From the NCBI GenBank assembly GCA_000004985.1, contig GG738875.1: DNA of 64,000 nt; one strand, given 5' to 3'. This DNA comes from Naegleria gruberi. Lineage: Eukaryota. Below, one piece after another: positions 29,314 through 40,910 of this stretch (positions within the stretch are counted from its first letter, which is position 1; each line of letters opens with the position of its first letter). The position numbers and the translations under genes were made by a program. The notes beneath the pieces were generated by a model. The model saw nothing but the letters and a program-made list of their open reading frames with translations. It did not search any database and had not been told where the DNA came from.

Positions 29314-29863
29314 ATCTAATAGCTTGTTTTTTATGAGTGTGTGATTCAGTTAACTGGTGAATTTATTTTCTTCTCAAATGAGGACATGCTCTTAAATATT
29401 GCCCTGTCCTTTGTTGCGTGTGGACTTTTTCAAGATTATATTGAGCTTTACCGCTTTTCATAACCAACATGAATGCATGTTAAGGGTCAGTATAATAAAT
29501 ATTCATCCAAATTCATGTATTGAGAACGGGCTTATTAAATGCATTATTTTTTACAATAAATAATCTCAATAATTCAATCAAAATTAATTGTAAGTGCCAA
29601 ATTTGGTAATTATTTTAAAGCCTGTTAAATTTCAATTCCCCTCCTTGAAGCTCCACTCGAATAATTCTCCAACGACACAAAACTTACTCAAAAAACATTG
29701 CAAAAAACATCTACCCCATTCCTCTATTAATTACATCCAATATCTTTCCACTTTTTCAAACAATTATCTATTGGTTGTTGTTTTTTCTCCTTTTAAAGAC
29801 TCACTATTTCCTTGTTGTGTTCGGACGAATTAGCCCGATTGTTTTTTCTCAAACTCTAAAAAA

Positions 29864-31291
29864 ATGCTCAAACAAAACCTGAGACATGTATTATCGCCAT
29901 CATCGAGGAAGACATTGATTCAAAAGATCAATTGTTCTTCTTCAAGTAGTAGACCATCGGCTATGATGGTTGTTTTCAACAGCAAGAATCAAGAAATTGT
30001 CTCTACAAGAAATTTCTCATCATCTAGTATTCAAAATTTGCTCAATGTTAGCAAGAGTAGAAAGGATGAAGTTTTTCCAGTATTGAATATGAATAGTAAT
30101 ACCATCAATGTTTATCCATCATCATTAAAGCCTAGCATAACCTCTTCATCATCATATAATTACTCGACCACAGTTTTTAATCATCCAGAAGAACAACAAA
30201 AATTTGAAGAAGAAATTCCAGGACGTAAAGCTGTTTTAATATGGCTCGGAACATTGAGTTTCCTTGTTTTTACAATTGTTATTGTTGGTGGTTTAACTAG
30301 ACTGGAAGAAGGTGGTCTTTCAATGGTTGATTGGTCATTCATGGGTTCACTTCCTCCAATCACACAAAAGGAATGGGAAGAAGAATTTGAAAAGTACAAA
30401 CAATTCCCTGAATATAAGAAGAAGAATGAAGGAATGACTGTTGAGGAATTTAAATACATCTTTTACTATGAATATTACCATCGTATGCTGGGAAGATTGA
30501 TTGGTGCTGTTTACACAATTCCAGCTATTGCATTTGCTGCTAAGGGATTTTTCTCTGGTAAGAGAAGAGTCATGTCACCTTGGACAGTTCTTGCTATAGG
30601 AAGTGTCATTGGTTTCCAAGGTCTTTTGGGTTGGTATATGGTTAAGAGTGGTCTCGATGAAAATCATGAACTCATGAAGAAGTATAATAGCATTCCTCGT
30701 GTATCTCAATATCGTTTGGCTTCTCACTTGTGTACTGCCTTTGTAATTTATGCCATGACTTTGTGGAAGAGTTTCGATTTGGCTACCAAGAATAAGACTG
30801 TTGAAACCTTTGCTGGTAGCTCAATTTTCAAGATGGTTGCCCCAATTTTCTTCTCCCTTGTTTTCTTGACTGCTGCTTCTGGTGCTTTTGTTGCTGGTAT
30901 GGATGCTGGTTTGGTTTACAATGAATTCCCACTCATGGGTGGTGCTGTTGTTCCAAGTGACATCATGGCTATTGAACCATGGTATAAGAATTTCTTTGAA
31001 AATGCCACTACTGTCCAATTCCAACACAGATGGTTGGCAACCTTTGTAGCAACAGCTATTGCTGCTTTCTGCTTCTATTTCAAGAAGGGTGACAAGGGTA
31101 AACAATTGCCTGCTACTGTTAAGAAGTCACTCAATTATTTGCTTGCTGTTGTTACTGCCCAATACACTCTTGGTATCACTACTTTATTGACCTATGTTCC
31201 AACATCAGTTGCCTCAGCTCACCAAGCTGGTTCATTGACTTTGTTCACATTTGCTTTATGGATGGCTCACGTTGCTAAGAGAATTAGATAA
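29864..31291 (+). CDS. COX15: COX15 (heme A synthase), a cytochrome c oxidase assembly protein.
   Basis: N-terminal presequence-like region. Has MVDWSFMGSLPP, YYHRMLGRLIG and QFQHRWLATFVA (the paired His ligands), with about 8 TM spans. This implies an aerobic mitochondrion. Confidence 0.85.
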   Translation: MLKQNLRHVLSPSSRKTLIQKINCSSSSSRPSAMMVVFNSKNQEIVSTRNFSSSSIQNLLNVSKSRKDEVFPVLNMNSNTINVYPSSLKPSITSSSSYNYSTTVFNHPEEQQKFEEEIPGRKAVLIWLGTLSFLVFTIVIVGGLTRLEEGGLSMVDWSFMGSLPPITQKEWEEEFEKYKQFPEYKKKNEGMTVEEFKYIFYYEYYHRMLGRLIGAVYTIPAIAFAAKGFFSGKRRVMSPWTVLAIGSVIGFQGLLGWYMVKSGLDENHELMKKYNSIPRVSQYRLASHLCTAFVIYAMTLWKSFDLATKNKTVETFAGSSIFKMVAPIFFSLVFLTAASGAFVAGMDAGLVYNEFPLMGGAVVPSDIMAIEPWYKNFFENATTVQFQHRWLATFVATAIAAFCFYFKKGDKGKQLPATVKKSLNYLLAVVTAQYTLGITTLLTYVPTSVASAHQAGSLTLFTFALWMAHVAKRIR

Positions 31292-31582
31292 ATTTTTGAA
31301 GACACCACTAATTTTGGAATTTGAATGTTAAATATAGGGTATAGATATTAAATAAACACTAAAACAGATAAATTTTGATACGTTTATGAATGGTGTTCTA
31401 ATGACAACGATACTATATTTGCAGATATTGTTATCTTAATAAAGATGAATAATATACTAAGATTTAAAAAAACTTGGTGTTGTTTGTTTACAATATTGAT
31501 AGATTGATAACAATTTGAAATCAACTAAAAAACTCATTCCTATCCTGATTCTCAATATCTTTTGATTGCAGACAGAAAAAAA

Positions 31583-32071
31583 ATGCAAGAAAATACTTTC
31601 ACTGAATACACTTGTAGAAGAGCCGTCATTGGTGATGCACCATCAATTACCGATTTTAACATTAGAATGGCACTTGAAACGGAAGGAATTAACTTAACAC
31701 CATCAATTGTAAAACGTGGAGTGGAAACAGTTTTTGAAAGGGAAGAAAAAGGAAGATATTATGTTGCAACCATTTCGGAAGGAGATAATGAAAAAGTTAT
31801 TGGATCATGTTTGATAACTATGGAATGGAGTGACTGGAGATGTTGTGATTATTTTTATTTACAAAGTGTTTTTATTGAACCAGAACATAGAAGAAAAGGT
31901 GTCTTTAGTCTATTGTATAAATTTGTGGAAAGTGAATGCATCAAGGCAGGCACTGCTTCTCTGAGACTCTACGTTGATAAAGGAAATGAAAAGGCAAAGC
32001 AATCCTATCTCAAATTGGGAATGGAAGTGTCACATTATGAAATGTTTGAGAAAAACTTTTATGAAAAGTAG
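31583..32071 (+). CDS. GNAT-family N-acetyltransferase.
   Basis: The acetyl-CoA-binding region reads QSVFIEPEHRRKGVFSLLYKFVE. The ATG is in an AAAAAAAATG context. Confidence 0.7.
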   Translation: MQENTFTEYTCRRAVIGDAPSITDFNIRMALETEGINLTPSIVKRGVETVFEREEKGRYYVATISEGDNEKVIGSCLITMEWSDWRCCDYFYLQSVFIEPEHRRKGVFSLLYKFVESECIKAGTASLRLYVDKGNEKAKQSYLKLGMEVSHYEMFEKNFYEK

Positions 32072-32108
32072 ATCCACACTTTGAATACAACTAGTTTTTA
32101 ATAATAAT

Positions 32109-32984
32109 TTAGAATTTAGGACCTCTGCTTCTGGCTGTATATTTTGAAGGTGGTCTAACTTCCTTACCTAATTTTCTATCACGTTCCTTCTTTTTAATAA
32201 TGAATTCCTTCAAATTCTTTCTCTTCTTTCCACTTGAAGATGATGCATTCCTCGAATTTTCGTTTTTAACATGTTGTGATACTGGATCTTCTCTTCCTTT
32301 TGGAATTTCACTCTTTGGAATATTTGGCATACCGGCAAATAAGACCAAATAGTACTTTCTAATTTTTCTACTATGAGGATAGTCAATAACCAAACCACCA
32401 CCAAAACCTGCCTTCATGGCCATATTCGTTATCAATTCAGTTTGCTCAGGTGTTTCAGGATAGAATTGGAATACAGCACGAGCTCCCTTCCTCAAACATT
32501 TATAAAGTGTTCCAAAGAATTTTTGTAATCTCTTGAGTGGTTCATGTGACTTTCTGTCAGCATTGCAAAGCCACTGTACAGCTGAAATTGAAATGGCACC
32601 ATCAAAACTACCAAGTCTAAATGGTAAACCATTACCCATATCAGCATGAAGTAAATCCGAACCATTTGCTGATGTAGGATCCTCCACCATGGATTCATTT
32701 GCAATATCCAACATATCTCTCGAAATATCAACACCAACCCAAACATTTCCTGCTTCCGATAAACAATTACCGGAAATACCAGAACCACAACCAATATCCA
32801 ACAAATATTTAGGACATGCATCTTCTGGTAAAGCTAATAATTCAATGGCTCTGTTGGCCATTTCTGTTTGAATTTCCAAAACACGAGTGTTGGTAGCATA
32901 CTTTTTAGCAGCTACACCACCATAGAACAATTCTGGTGGAGCAGCATGTTCCGGTCTTGTTGATGATGATACGTAAATACTCAT
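32109..32984 (-). CDS. BUD23: BUD23/WBSCR22-type 18S rRNA (guanine-N7)-methyltransferase.
   Basis: Aligns along its whole length with Bud23 in PPELFYGGVAAKKYATNTRVLEIQ...LLDIGCGSGISGNCL...WVGVDISRDML...GLPFRLGSFDGAISISAVQWLCNADRKSHEPLKRLQKFFGTLY. The C-terminal tail is basic. Confidence 0.85.
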   Translation of the reverse strand: MSIYVSSSTRPEHAAPPELFYGGVAAKKYATNTRVLEIQTEMANRAIELLALPEDACPKYLLDIGCGSGISGNCLSEAGNVWVGVDISRDMLDIANESMVEDPTSANGSDLLHADMGNGLPFRLGSFDGAISISAVQWLCNADRKSHEPLKRLQKFFGTLYKCLRKGARAVFQFYPETPEQTELITNMAMKAGFGGGLVIDYPHSRKIRKYYLVLFAGMPNIPKSEIPKGREDPVSQHVKNENSRNASSSSGKKRKNLKEFIIKKKERDRKLGKEVRPPSKYTARSRGPKF

Positions 32985-33216
32985 TTTTTTCTTTTCAGAA
33001 AATATTTGAAGTTTTCAAAGCCTTCGGAGCTGATTGTTTTTATTCAAAGTCGTTGTTATCAACGGTGATGTGATGGCATAGCTTCTATTGATTTTATAAT
33101 ACTATTATTTCTTGTTTGATGAAGTCTTAAATTTTATTAGCAGATTATGTTGCGGTTTAGCCTTCAGCTCTCATTCATCTCAAAGACCAGCTTGAACAGG
33201 AAGACAAATAAAAAAA

Positions 33217-34992
33217 ATGAGTTCCCCTAGCGAGATGGATTCATCAATGAATGATGATAAGCCTTCCGAAGCGTAAGTATAAAAAATCAGGATGTATTCA
33301 TCTAAATAATAATATCTAGTTATGATGAATTGGAGGAAATGAATGATAGGAAGAGATCCTATGACGATAATCAGGAGGGGTACTATCAAGATGAAGGTGA
33401 GGAAGAAGACAGTAGTGCTCTCAAGAAGAGAAAAACCTCAGCCTCTAGCGCCTTTTTGTGTGGAAGTAAAACACTTGTCTTGTCAGGATCAACATCTAGC
33501 GTTACGGAAAAGTTCCTTGCATCAAAGATGCCTTTCCCTGATGGAGTTTTAAAGTACATCTTTTTGAAGGATGCTGTAGTTATTGAATTTTTGGATACGC
33601 ACTATGCTCTAATGTTTTTATACCTCTATTATGACACTGGTATCCAATGTGATGATGGATCGGTGCTTTCAGTAGAGTTTAATGATAATCTAGTTGAAGG
33701 CATTACCGTATCAATGCCAGGTAATCAATCTAAGAGTTTAGGACAGGTAATTATTTATTATATTTCAAACAACTACAACTATTTATACAATCTGAACATT
33801 TCATAATTGTTGTTGAACTCTACAGAGTGGTAAAGTTTTGTTCTGTCTTATCTATGACACTTTCCCAGTCGAAAATTTTGAAAAGCATGGCAAGATTATC
33901 AAATTTATCAAACTCCCAGAATTGGACAGAGCAAAGAGAGTTATTATGGAATACGAAACTTTAACTGATTCTAACAATGCCTATGAAAAGTTGAAAAACC
34001 ATCAATCACTCAAGTTATACAAGTCTAAAATTACCTATCTAGTTAATAATGAAGAGGATGAACGTGCTGTTCAAAAAGTTCCAGATATGTCAAGCAGTGC
34101 ATCCAATGAGAAGCTTAGCTACGTGATTCAAATCACAGGCTTTACTTCCAACAAGGTAAACTGTGATGTCATGTTCATTCTATTCGGTGTTTATGGAGAT
34201 GTTATTAGAACTAAGATTGTATTCTCATCACCAAAACATGTTGCATATGTGCAATTTAAGGACATTGATGGTGCCCAAAGAGCTATTAAGTTTTTGGGTA
34301 AGAATGGAACACCTTGTCCACTTTACAATGACTTTATTGATATTTGCTATGCTCCATTCCAGGAGATTGATGAATCTGAACCTCTTGAAGAAGGTGATGA
34401 AATTAAATCCTACTTGAATTCTCCTCTTCACAGATTTACAAGAGGAAGTGCTACTGGTAGACTTAAGAATATTGAACATGTCTATCCACCAAATAAGGTT
34501 CTATGTATCAGTAATATCAACATTAACTCTCAAAACACTACATTGGAATCAGAGTTTTCTAGATATAACCTCAAACCTGAAAATATTAAATTCTTTGGAC
34601 ACAAGCAAAAGTTGAACACCAAGATGGGATTGATTACTTTCCCAACTGTTAATGATGCTGTAACAGCACTTGTGGAATGTCACGATATTAAGATTGATAA
34701 TTTCCACATTAACATCAACTTTGCTGATCAAAACAATGGAGTTAGAACATTCAATAATAATCAAGGAAATGGTGACATGACTCATCAATTTATGCACAAA
34801 CCTATGGGTAACTTTGCTTTTAACAACTCTCCTCATATGATGAAGTTCAATCCAACACCTTTCTTTGTTCAAAGAGGAAGAGGTGGAATTAGAGGAGGCT
34901 TTAGAGGTAGAGGTAGAGGAAATTATAACAACTATAATAATAGTAGTAACTATCCAAAACAAGTACCTGACAATAACAATACCAGACAATAG
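33217..34992 (+). CDS. Polypyrimidine-tract-binding protein / hnRNP-L family (four RRMs plus an RGG tail): join(33217..33272, 33320..33746, 33826..34992).
   Basis: Introns of 47 nt (GTAAGT..ATCTAG) and 79 nt (GTAATT..CTACAG). The RRM2-4 blocks resemble PTB: VLFCLIYDTFPVENFEKHGKIIKF, CDVMFILFGVYGDVIRTKIVF and NSPLHRFTRGSATGRLKN. The C-terminus is RGRGGIRGGFRGRGRGNYNNYNN. Confidence 0.8.
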
Positions 34993-35173
34993 TTTAAAAT
35001 TATACTAAATATCAAGAAAACCTAAAATTATTTATTAAGTTTGAAATAATTTTTTATTCATATTTCTAAATATGCACTAATCAATATTTCTATTTTCGGA
35101 AATAAGTTCTTCTCGTAAAAAACTAAATAGTATTGAAATATTATAGCGTTCATGTCTAATTCGATTATCATTT

Positions 35174-35529
35174 CTATTGTTTTTTATTCTTGTAGTGATA
35201 GTACAGAAAATACGAGTCTTCCATAATATCCGTTATTCTTCTCATTAAACCTCTACATGGAGCTTTTGGCTGTTCTAATTCAGTTAAACCAAATGATGGC
35301 AAATTTTGAAAATTACACAGAGAGAATTGTTCCCACAGTTCAAAGGCCTTTGGTCTTTTATAATTAGGGTCTATGAATTGATATTTATTCTTATCAGCTG
35401 CATATATTTTAAATTTAGTATAACTTTCGGAATCTGTTAAGTCGTGAAGAAGAGTATCCTGTTGTTGCGGTGATGATGAATTATTTGGACTAGTTTTTTC
35501 CGTGTTATTGTTGTTGCTGTTTGGTTCCA
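35174..35529 (-). CDS. Hypothetical small protein.
   Basis: The ATG follows AAAAAAA. The N-terminus is N/S/Q-rich. No domain recognised. Confidence 0.35.
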
Positions 35530-35719
35530 TTTTTTTGATTGAAGCAAACACAGTGTTTGCTCTAGGCAAATTGATTGTCAGAAAGCAATCAATATAATAA
35601 ATTCGAGTTTTTACATTTGTTTTAAAAGAACAACAAATGATATTACATTTATTCATAATATGTAGAAGTAATGTTCTACCATCTTTTTAAAAACAAAACC
35701 GTGCTTACAGTTTAAAAAA

Positions 35720-38290
35720 ATGCATCAACACCTGGGTGATTCAAATGATATTCATATTAAGGGAGTTTTATCTTTTGAGGAAGTTAAAAGGATGAGAAAT
35801 TCCATCAAAAGCACCCTTCTCACAAAGAATACATCCTTTTATTATGGAGAACCTGATACGACATCTTCATCTTTTAATGAAAAGAAGGAGGTTGAATCAC
35901 CCTTTCAAGCCTCTGAACGACTTCAACAACACATTCCAAATTGGATAAAGGAATCAAAGGAGAAAATAACAAAAGCAGGATTGTGGACTGATTTAAAGGA
36001 AGATATCCGAACAAGAGTACAATTAGCAACACAAGAACAAATTGAAATCAGAAGAGAGATCTCCGATAAGATGTTAACAAATGGAGGTGTTGTTCAAATG
36101 ACTTATAGTCAGAGAAGAAGAGTGAAAGATCTAATGGGAAAATGTATAACAGGTGATCAAAAGTATGATAGACTTGTTGAGGAAGCAGAAGAAATGATGA
36201 AGGATAACACTGCCATTCCCTTACAAGAGGTTGAGAGGAAAGATGAAAATGTAAAGAAAGAACCAGAGGAAGTGATTTCTAAAATGTTATCGAATTATCC
36301 TTGGTCTTTTATGCGAAATAATTTATCAGGATGTTTGTTGCACTCCTTTCCAAGACTTGTAAGAAGACAATTGTGGCACTCGGCTTTCAGAGATGAAGCA
36401 ATAGGATCAGAGATTGAAAGATACAAACAAAAAAAGAAGGAAAAGGAACCTCTACCAAAGGATTACTATCCTATCATTGATAAGGTCATCCAAAACAAAA
36501 TTGAGCAACAACCATTTATTAAGGATTATTCTAACGGAAAATTATGTAAAGAGGTTTTCAAACCAGTGTTGGAATTATTGCTTTTTAGAACGGAAGCTCC
36601 TGTAATGGATAACTTGTCTCAAGTTTCAGATCTTATTAATGTAAATGGACCTTTGAATGATAGCACAATCAAACAATTTGTGCTGAAAACTGTTGAAAGA
36701 TATTCTAATTATTTAGCTTCCATTTTCTGCTTAATGGCTACTCTGTATGGATGGGAAAATGTTGTTGAAAAATATAAGGCCGTAGATGAATTCCATTTCT
36801 ATTCAGAGAAAATCAGTGGGTTTTTAATATTCCACATTCAGACCTTCCACCAAATCGATCCATTCAAGGATCGTAAATTGTACTATAATATGAACTTGAT
36901 ACCTGAGTCTATTGTAAAGTCATTCGTCCATGCAACAGAACAAAAGGACACAGTTCTACTCAATCATATCAGTTCCATTGAGGATGGTGTAAGATCTTTC
37001 CTCAAACCAATCACTAGGTTGTTTGTTTCATTCGTTGAAAACAATGTATCTCTATTCATTATTGAACAATTTTTATTTACAAACTTTAAGCCTGCAGTCA
37101 TAGGTTCTATGACGTCTGCTATTGCCTTGATTCTCAGACAGCAAATACTTAAATGTGACACTCCACTCGGTTTGCAAATGCTATTAAAACAAAATGTCGC
37201 AAGTATAACAGAACCTGACTTGTTGGAAGTATTAGACAATAATTTCAGAAAGTACTTTACTGAAACTCACGGAATAGATATATATCCAAAGGAGTTTGTG
37301 GAAATTTCAGGCCTAAAAGGAGAGAAGGCAACTCTTCTGTTCACGCAAGATACCTCATCTCTGGCTCCTCCTGACAAATTGTCAATAATCAAGGCAGCTC
37401 TTCAATTGGAAACAGATCAAAGGGATGAGAAAGAAATGCTATTTATTTGGAATTCAATTTGGGAGAAAATTGATGCAGAAACAACATTTTTATTTCCATA
37501 CAAGGATGTGAATTTTACTCTTGTATTACCTTCCAAAAAATCCAAAATACTTAAGGAAATATCTTTTTATGATGTGCCAGATATGGTAGTACAATACTCC
37601 TCTAACAAGTTAATTTATATTGACATGGTAAGGAGAGGATTAGCGGAGGAGTATAAACAAAGATTGGCTCAGTATATTAAGGATTCTTTGGTTTACAAAC
37701 AGACAGACTTTTCTAAGGAGATGGACGAAAATCCAACTGTTGAAATTGAATACAATTACCTTGACATGCCATTCAAAACAAAGTTTTTGGAAGAAAAGTT
37801 AATGACAACAGATAAGGAAGAACTGTATGAAATATTGGATGAGAGATTTAAACAATTAGACTCATTTGTTTGCGGTTTGGAGATCCAAGAAATAGCATCC
37901 CAATTGTCAAAGACTTGCGAAGCAAAAATTAGAGCAAAGAGGGAGCACGAATTGAAAGCAAAGGAGCAATTGCTTCAAAAGATTACAACTGATTTGGAAA
38001 AGGAAAGTTTTGCAGAGCTGTCGAAGGTGTTGAAAGAAGTCATGTCAGGAGTTAACATTTTCTTCAAAGGAACTGAACAAGAACAAAGCAAAATTGATAA
38101 GATTACTGCTGATGAACGAGAAGAGAGATCCTACATTAGAGAAGCTACAGGTAGAATTATTAGCACATACGATTATAATAGGATTCCAAAGAAGAGCAGA
38201 CAAAAGTATGACAAGATTATTGAAAAGAAGAAGCTAAGCAATCAGAAAAACAAAAAGACAGGCATGTTTTCAAGAACCAACAAGAAATAA
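35720..38290 (+). CDS. Hypothetical 856-aa protein, possibly a degenerate TBC-like domain.
   Basis: The exon is clean and intronless, and the ATG follows AAAAAAA. The block RLVRRQLWHSAFRDE resembles the TBC RxxxW start, but the catalytic IxxDxxR and YxQ fingers are not evident. The C-terminus is a K/E-rich coiled coil. Confidence 0.55.
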   Translation: MHQHLGDSNDIHIKGVLSFEEVKRMRNSIKSTLLTKNTSFYYGEPDTTSSSFNEKKEVESPFQASERLQQHIPNWIKESKEKITKAGLWTDLKEDIRTRVQLATQEQIEIRREISDKMLTNGGVVQMTYSQRRRVKDLMGKCITGDQKYDRLVEEAEEMMKDNTAIPLQEVERKDENVKKEPEEVISKMLSNYPWSFMRNNLSGCLLHSFPRLVRRQLWHSAFRDEAIGSEIERYKQKKKEKEPLPKDYYPIIDKVIQNKIEQQPFIKDYSNGKLCKEVFKPVLELLLFRTEAPVMDNLSQVSDLINVNGPLNDSTIKQFVLKTVERYSNYLASIFCLMATLYGWENVVEKYKAVDEFHFYSEKISGFLIFHIQTFHQIDPFKDRKLYYNMNLIPESIVKSFVHATEQKDTVLLNHISSIEDGVRSFLKPITRLFVSFVENNVSLFIIEQFLFTNFKPAVIGSMTSAIALILRQQILKCDTPLGLQMLLKQNVASITEPDLLEVLDNNFRKYFTETHGIDIYPKEFVEISGLKGEKATLLFTQDTSSLAPPDKLSIIKAALQLETDQRDEKEMLFIWNSIWEKIDAETTFLFPYKDVNFTLVLPSKKSKILKEISFYDVPDMVVQYSSNKLIYIDMVRRGLAEEYKQRLAQYIKDSLVYKQTDFSKEMDENPTVEIEYNYLDMPFKTKFLEEKLMTTDKEELYEILDERFKQLDSFVCGLEIQEIASQLSKTCEAKIRAKREHELKAKEQLLQKITTDLEKESFAELSKVLKEVMSGVNIFFKGTEQEQSKIDKITADEREERSYIREATGRIISTYDYNRIPKKSRQKYDKIIEKKKLSNQKNKKTGMFSRTNKK

Positions 38291-38416
38291 ACATTCTATT
38301 TCAAGATGATGATTATCATAAAATATTATCGTTGATACCTTAGAAACTGTAGCAATTAAAGAAAGTTTACTGACACGGAGGAATTTGTGGAAATAAGCAA
38401 TCTATTTCGAGAATCA

Positions 38417-40375
38417 TTAAGCAATTCTAGTTGTATTGGCCCAACTTGGAAGAACACCAAGTTCTACGCCCATGGCTGGACTTCCTAATCCCATCATTCC
38501 CAAAGTACATGCACAAACGCCAATAATTGACAAAACAGCACCCGATATTACCATATCAATGAAAGTGAAATGTCCATACCCAAAAGCTAAAGAGTTGGCC
38601 AATGTTCCAATTGGTGTCATAAAAGCCAATGAAGAGGCAATGGTGGCTGGAGCCATATATAAAAGTGGATTCTCACCAATTCTTACTGACATTGTGGCAA
38701 GAAGAGGCATCAAAATTGAAGCTGTTCCTACATTGCTAGAAAATTCTGTCAAAATATTCACAACAAAACAAATCAAAAATACCATTAAATAAGGGTGAAT
38801 CTTACTGGCCAAATCAAACTTGACTACTACTAGGTCAACAATAAAATCTGAGAATTTACATTGATTGTAAGCTGCTGCCAATGCAAAACCACAACCCAAT
38901 AGTAAGATAATATCCCATGGCATTTCATTCTTCATTAATTTCCAATCCAAAATTCTTCCAGTAGTTAATTGATTTTCCTTCTTCTTTTTATCATCCACTT
39001 CAGAGTTCATTGAAGGCTTATTAAAAGATGGAATAAAGAAGAGCAAAATACCAATCAAAACCGCAACTGTACCATCTGATGGATACTTCATCAGTGCTGA
39101 TTTTTCCTTCTCATCTCTTCCACTAATCAAATAAATCAAGTTATTCCAACCAACATGATGTGTTCCAAATTGTAAATCTCTAAAAATCCACAACAAACAC
39201 AAAATCACAAACACAATACATAATACTACTTCCTCAAATTTGATTCTTCCTAACTTTTTGTATTCCTCCCTAAACATGTTTGAATTCTTTGGTTTGATAT
39301 TGGAGGTGATTTGTTGTGTAATTTGAGTTTCCTCTTCATTGTGTTCCAGTAAATTAGCATCGCTTTGATAGTTGGAAAGAGAGGCCATACTTGGGTTCTC
39401 AGCAAGTGAAATCTCCATTGAAGAGTCCTGAATAACTTCCAAATCACTCTTCTGATATATTTTAATTGGTCTCACAAATACAATGGAAAAGTAAACATAG
39501 GCCAAAATTAGGAAAATAATTGAAACTGGGAATGCATAAAGGAACCAAGTAAGGAAAGTAACTGGAGATTCTTCAGATGTTTGTAAAAGTGGGAATTTAT
39601 CATTCAAAACGTGAACCAAAATCAAATTGGTTGGAGTACCAATCAGAGTTGAACATCCCATAATTGATGAAGCATAAGCAATGCAGAGGAAAAGAGATTT
39701 GGCAAGTCTCTTGATCTTTTTTGATTCCTTTTCTCGTTCTTCGAGATTTGGATTTTCTTCATTTCTTGCCTTAATTGAAGTTATGACAGCACTGTTATTT
39801 AAATCAATCGTTCAAAATGTGTATTTCAATAATTTATACATACCTTGCCATTGGTAATAACATGGCAGTAGTACATGTATTTGAGAGCCACATACTCAAA
39901 AATCCAGAAATTAACATGAATCCAAGTAAAATCAAATGACTTCTCATTCCAATAAAACTCAAAATTGCAAGGGAAAATCTTCTATGTAAATTCCACTTCT
40001 CCAATGAAATTGTCACCATAAATGATCCAATAAATAAAAATGATAAATCCGAAAAGTATGCCTCAGCAATTATCTTACCAGATGTGACTCCCAATAAAGG
40101 AAATAACACAACAGGTAATAAACTAGTAATTGAAATAGGAATTGGCTCAAATAACCAATAAGTTGCCTATTCAATCATTCAATATAAATTCAGGTCAACT
40201 AACTTACAATCCAAACAGTAATTGCAGCACATCTATTGATCTGTACAGTAGCTCCCAATGGTGTTAACACATTACACAGGAATGGCAATGCCACAAGTGG
40301 ACCACTCAATAATTTTATCAGATACCATACAATTACCTTGAGCTTTCTCCACCTCTCGGAATGAAAGAATTTCAT
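38417..40375 (-). CDS. SLC13/DASS-family Na+-coupled anion (sulfate/dicarboxylate) transporter: join(complement(38417..39791, 39844..40166, 40208..40375)).
   Basis: Exon 1 is MKFFHSERWRKL...AAITVWI. A 41-nt intron (GTAAGT..GAATAG) follows. Exon 2 is ATYWLFEPIPISITSLLPVVLFPLLGV...EKWNLHRRFSLAILSFIG...LSMWLSNTCTTAMLLPMA. A 52-nt intron (GTATGT..TAACAG) follows, then exon 3 with ...SSLAFMTPIGTLANSLAF. This matches SLC13 (YWCTEAIPLAVTSLxP...ERWNLHKRIAL...SMWISNTATTAMM). Confidence 0.85.
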
Positions 40376-40386
40376 ATTCGAATGTT

Positions 40387-40752
40387 TTACCTCTCCTCCT
40401 CCTCGACTTCTAACTGATCATCAGCAAACCTCAGAGTAGCAGCCTCCACTTGTTCACTACTATGATTATTCACTTCTAACTCTTCCTCTCTCAAATGTTG
40501 ATGATGTCCATCATCATCATCATCATGATTATCGGAATGATGAGAACGATGTAGAGACATTTTTTTCGATAATAGAGAATCCTCATCATTCACTTGTTGT
40601 TGATATGGGTTTTGAGGTTGTCGATGTTGGGTTGTGGTTGGGTTCATAATTATAGATGAGGAGATGGGATGACTCTGAATAATTCTCGATGTAATGTTGA
40701 TGTTAATCAATAAAATTGTTGTTCTTGAATTTTTCAAGTTGTGTTGATGCAT
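40387..40752 (-). CDS. Low-complexity His/Asp/Glu-rich ORF upstream of the SLC13 gene. It may not be coding.
   Basis: 121 codons ending 8 nt before the SLC13 ATG. It is in a different frame and no splice links the two. The composition is HHSDNHDDDDDGHHQH...EVEEEER. Confidence 0.2.
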   Translation of the reverse strand: MHQHNLKNSRTTILLININITSRIIQSHPISSSIIMNPTTTQHRQPQNPYQQQVNDEDSLLSKKMSLHRSHHSDNHDDDDDGHHQHLREEELEVNNHSSEQVEAATLRFADDQLEVEEEER

Positions 40753-40910
40753 AATTGAATGCTAAAGATTTTTCTGAGGGCATGGTTACCAATGGCGCCT
40801 ACTATTAAGGTTGATTAGCAGAACTGAAATATGAACTATTGAAATCAAAGAATGATGGATGATGGTTATGGAATACTTGTTGTGGAATTTTTTTATGTAC
40901 AATTTTGTTG

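Noticed and set aside
40376-40752. I tried to splice the His/Asp-rich upstream ORF onto SLC13 exon 1 using the GTAAAAC donor at the ORF end.
   Set aside because: Every candidate acceptor gives the wrong frame or an immediate stop. The transporter's own N-terminus already aligns with SLC13 proteins from their start.
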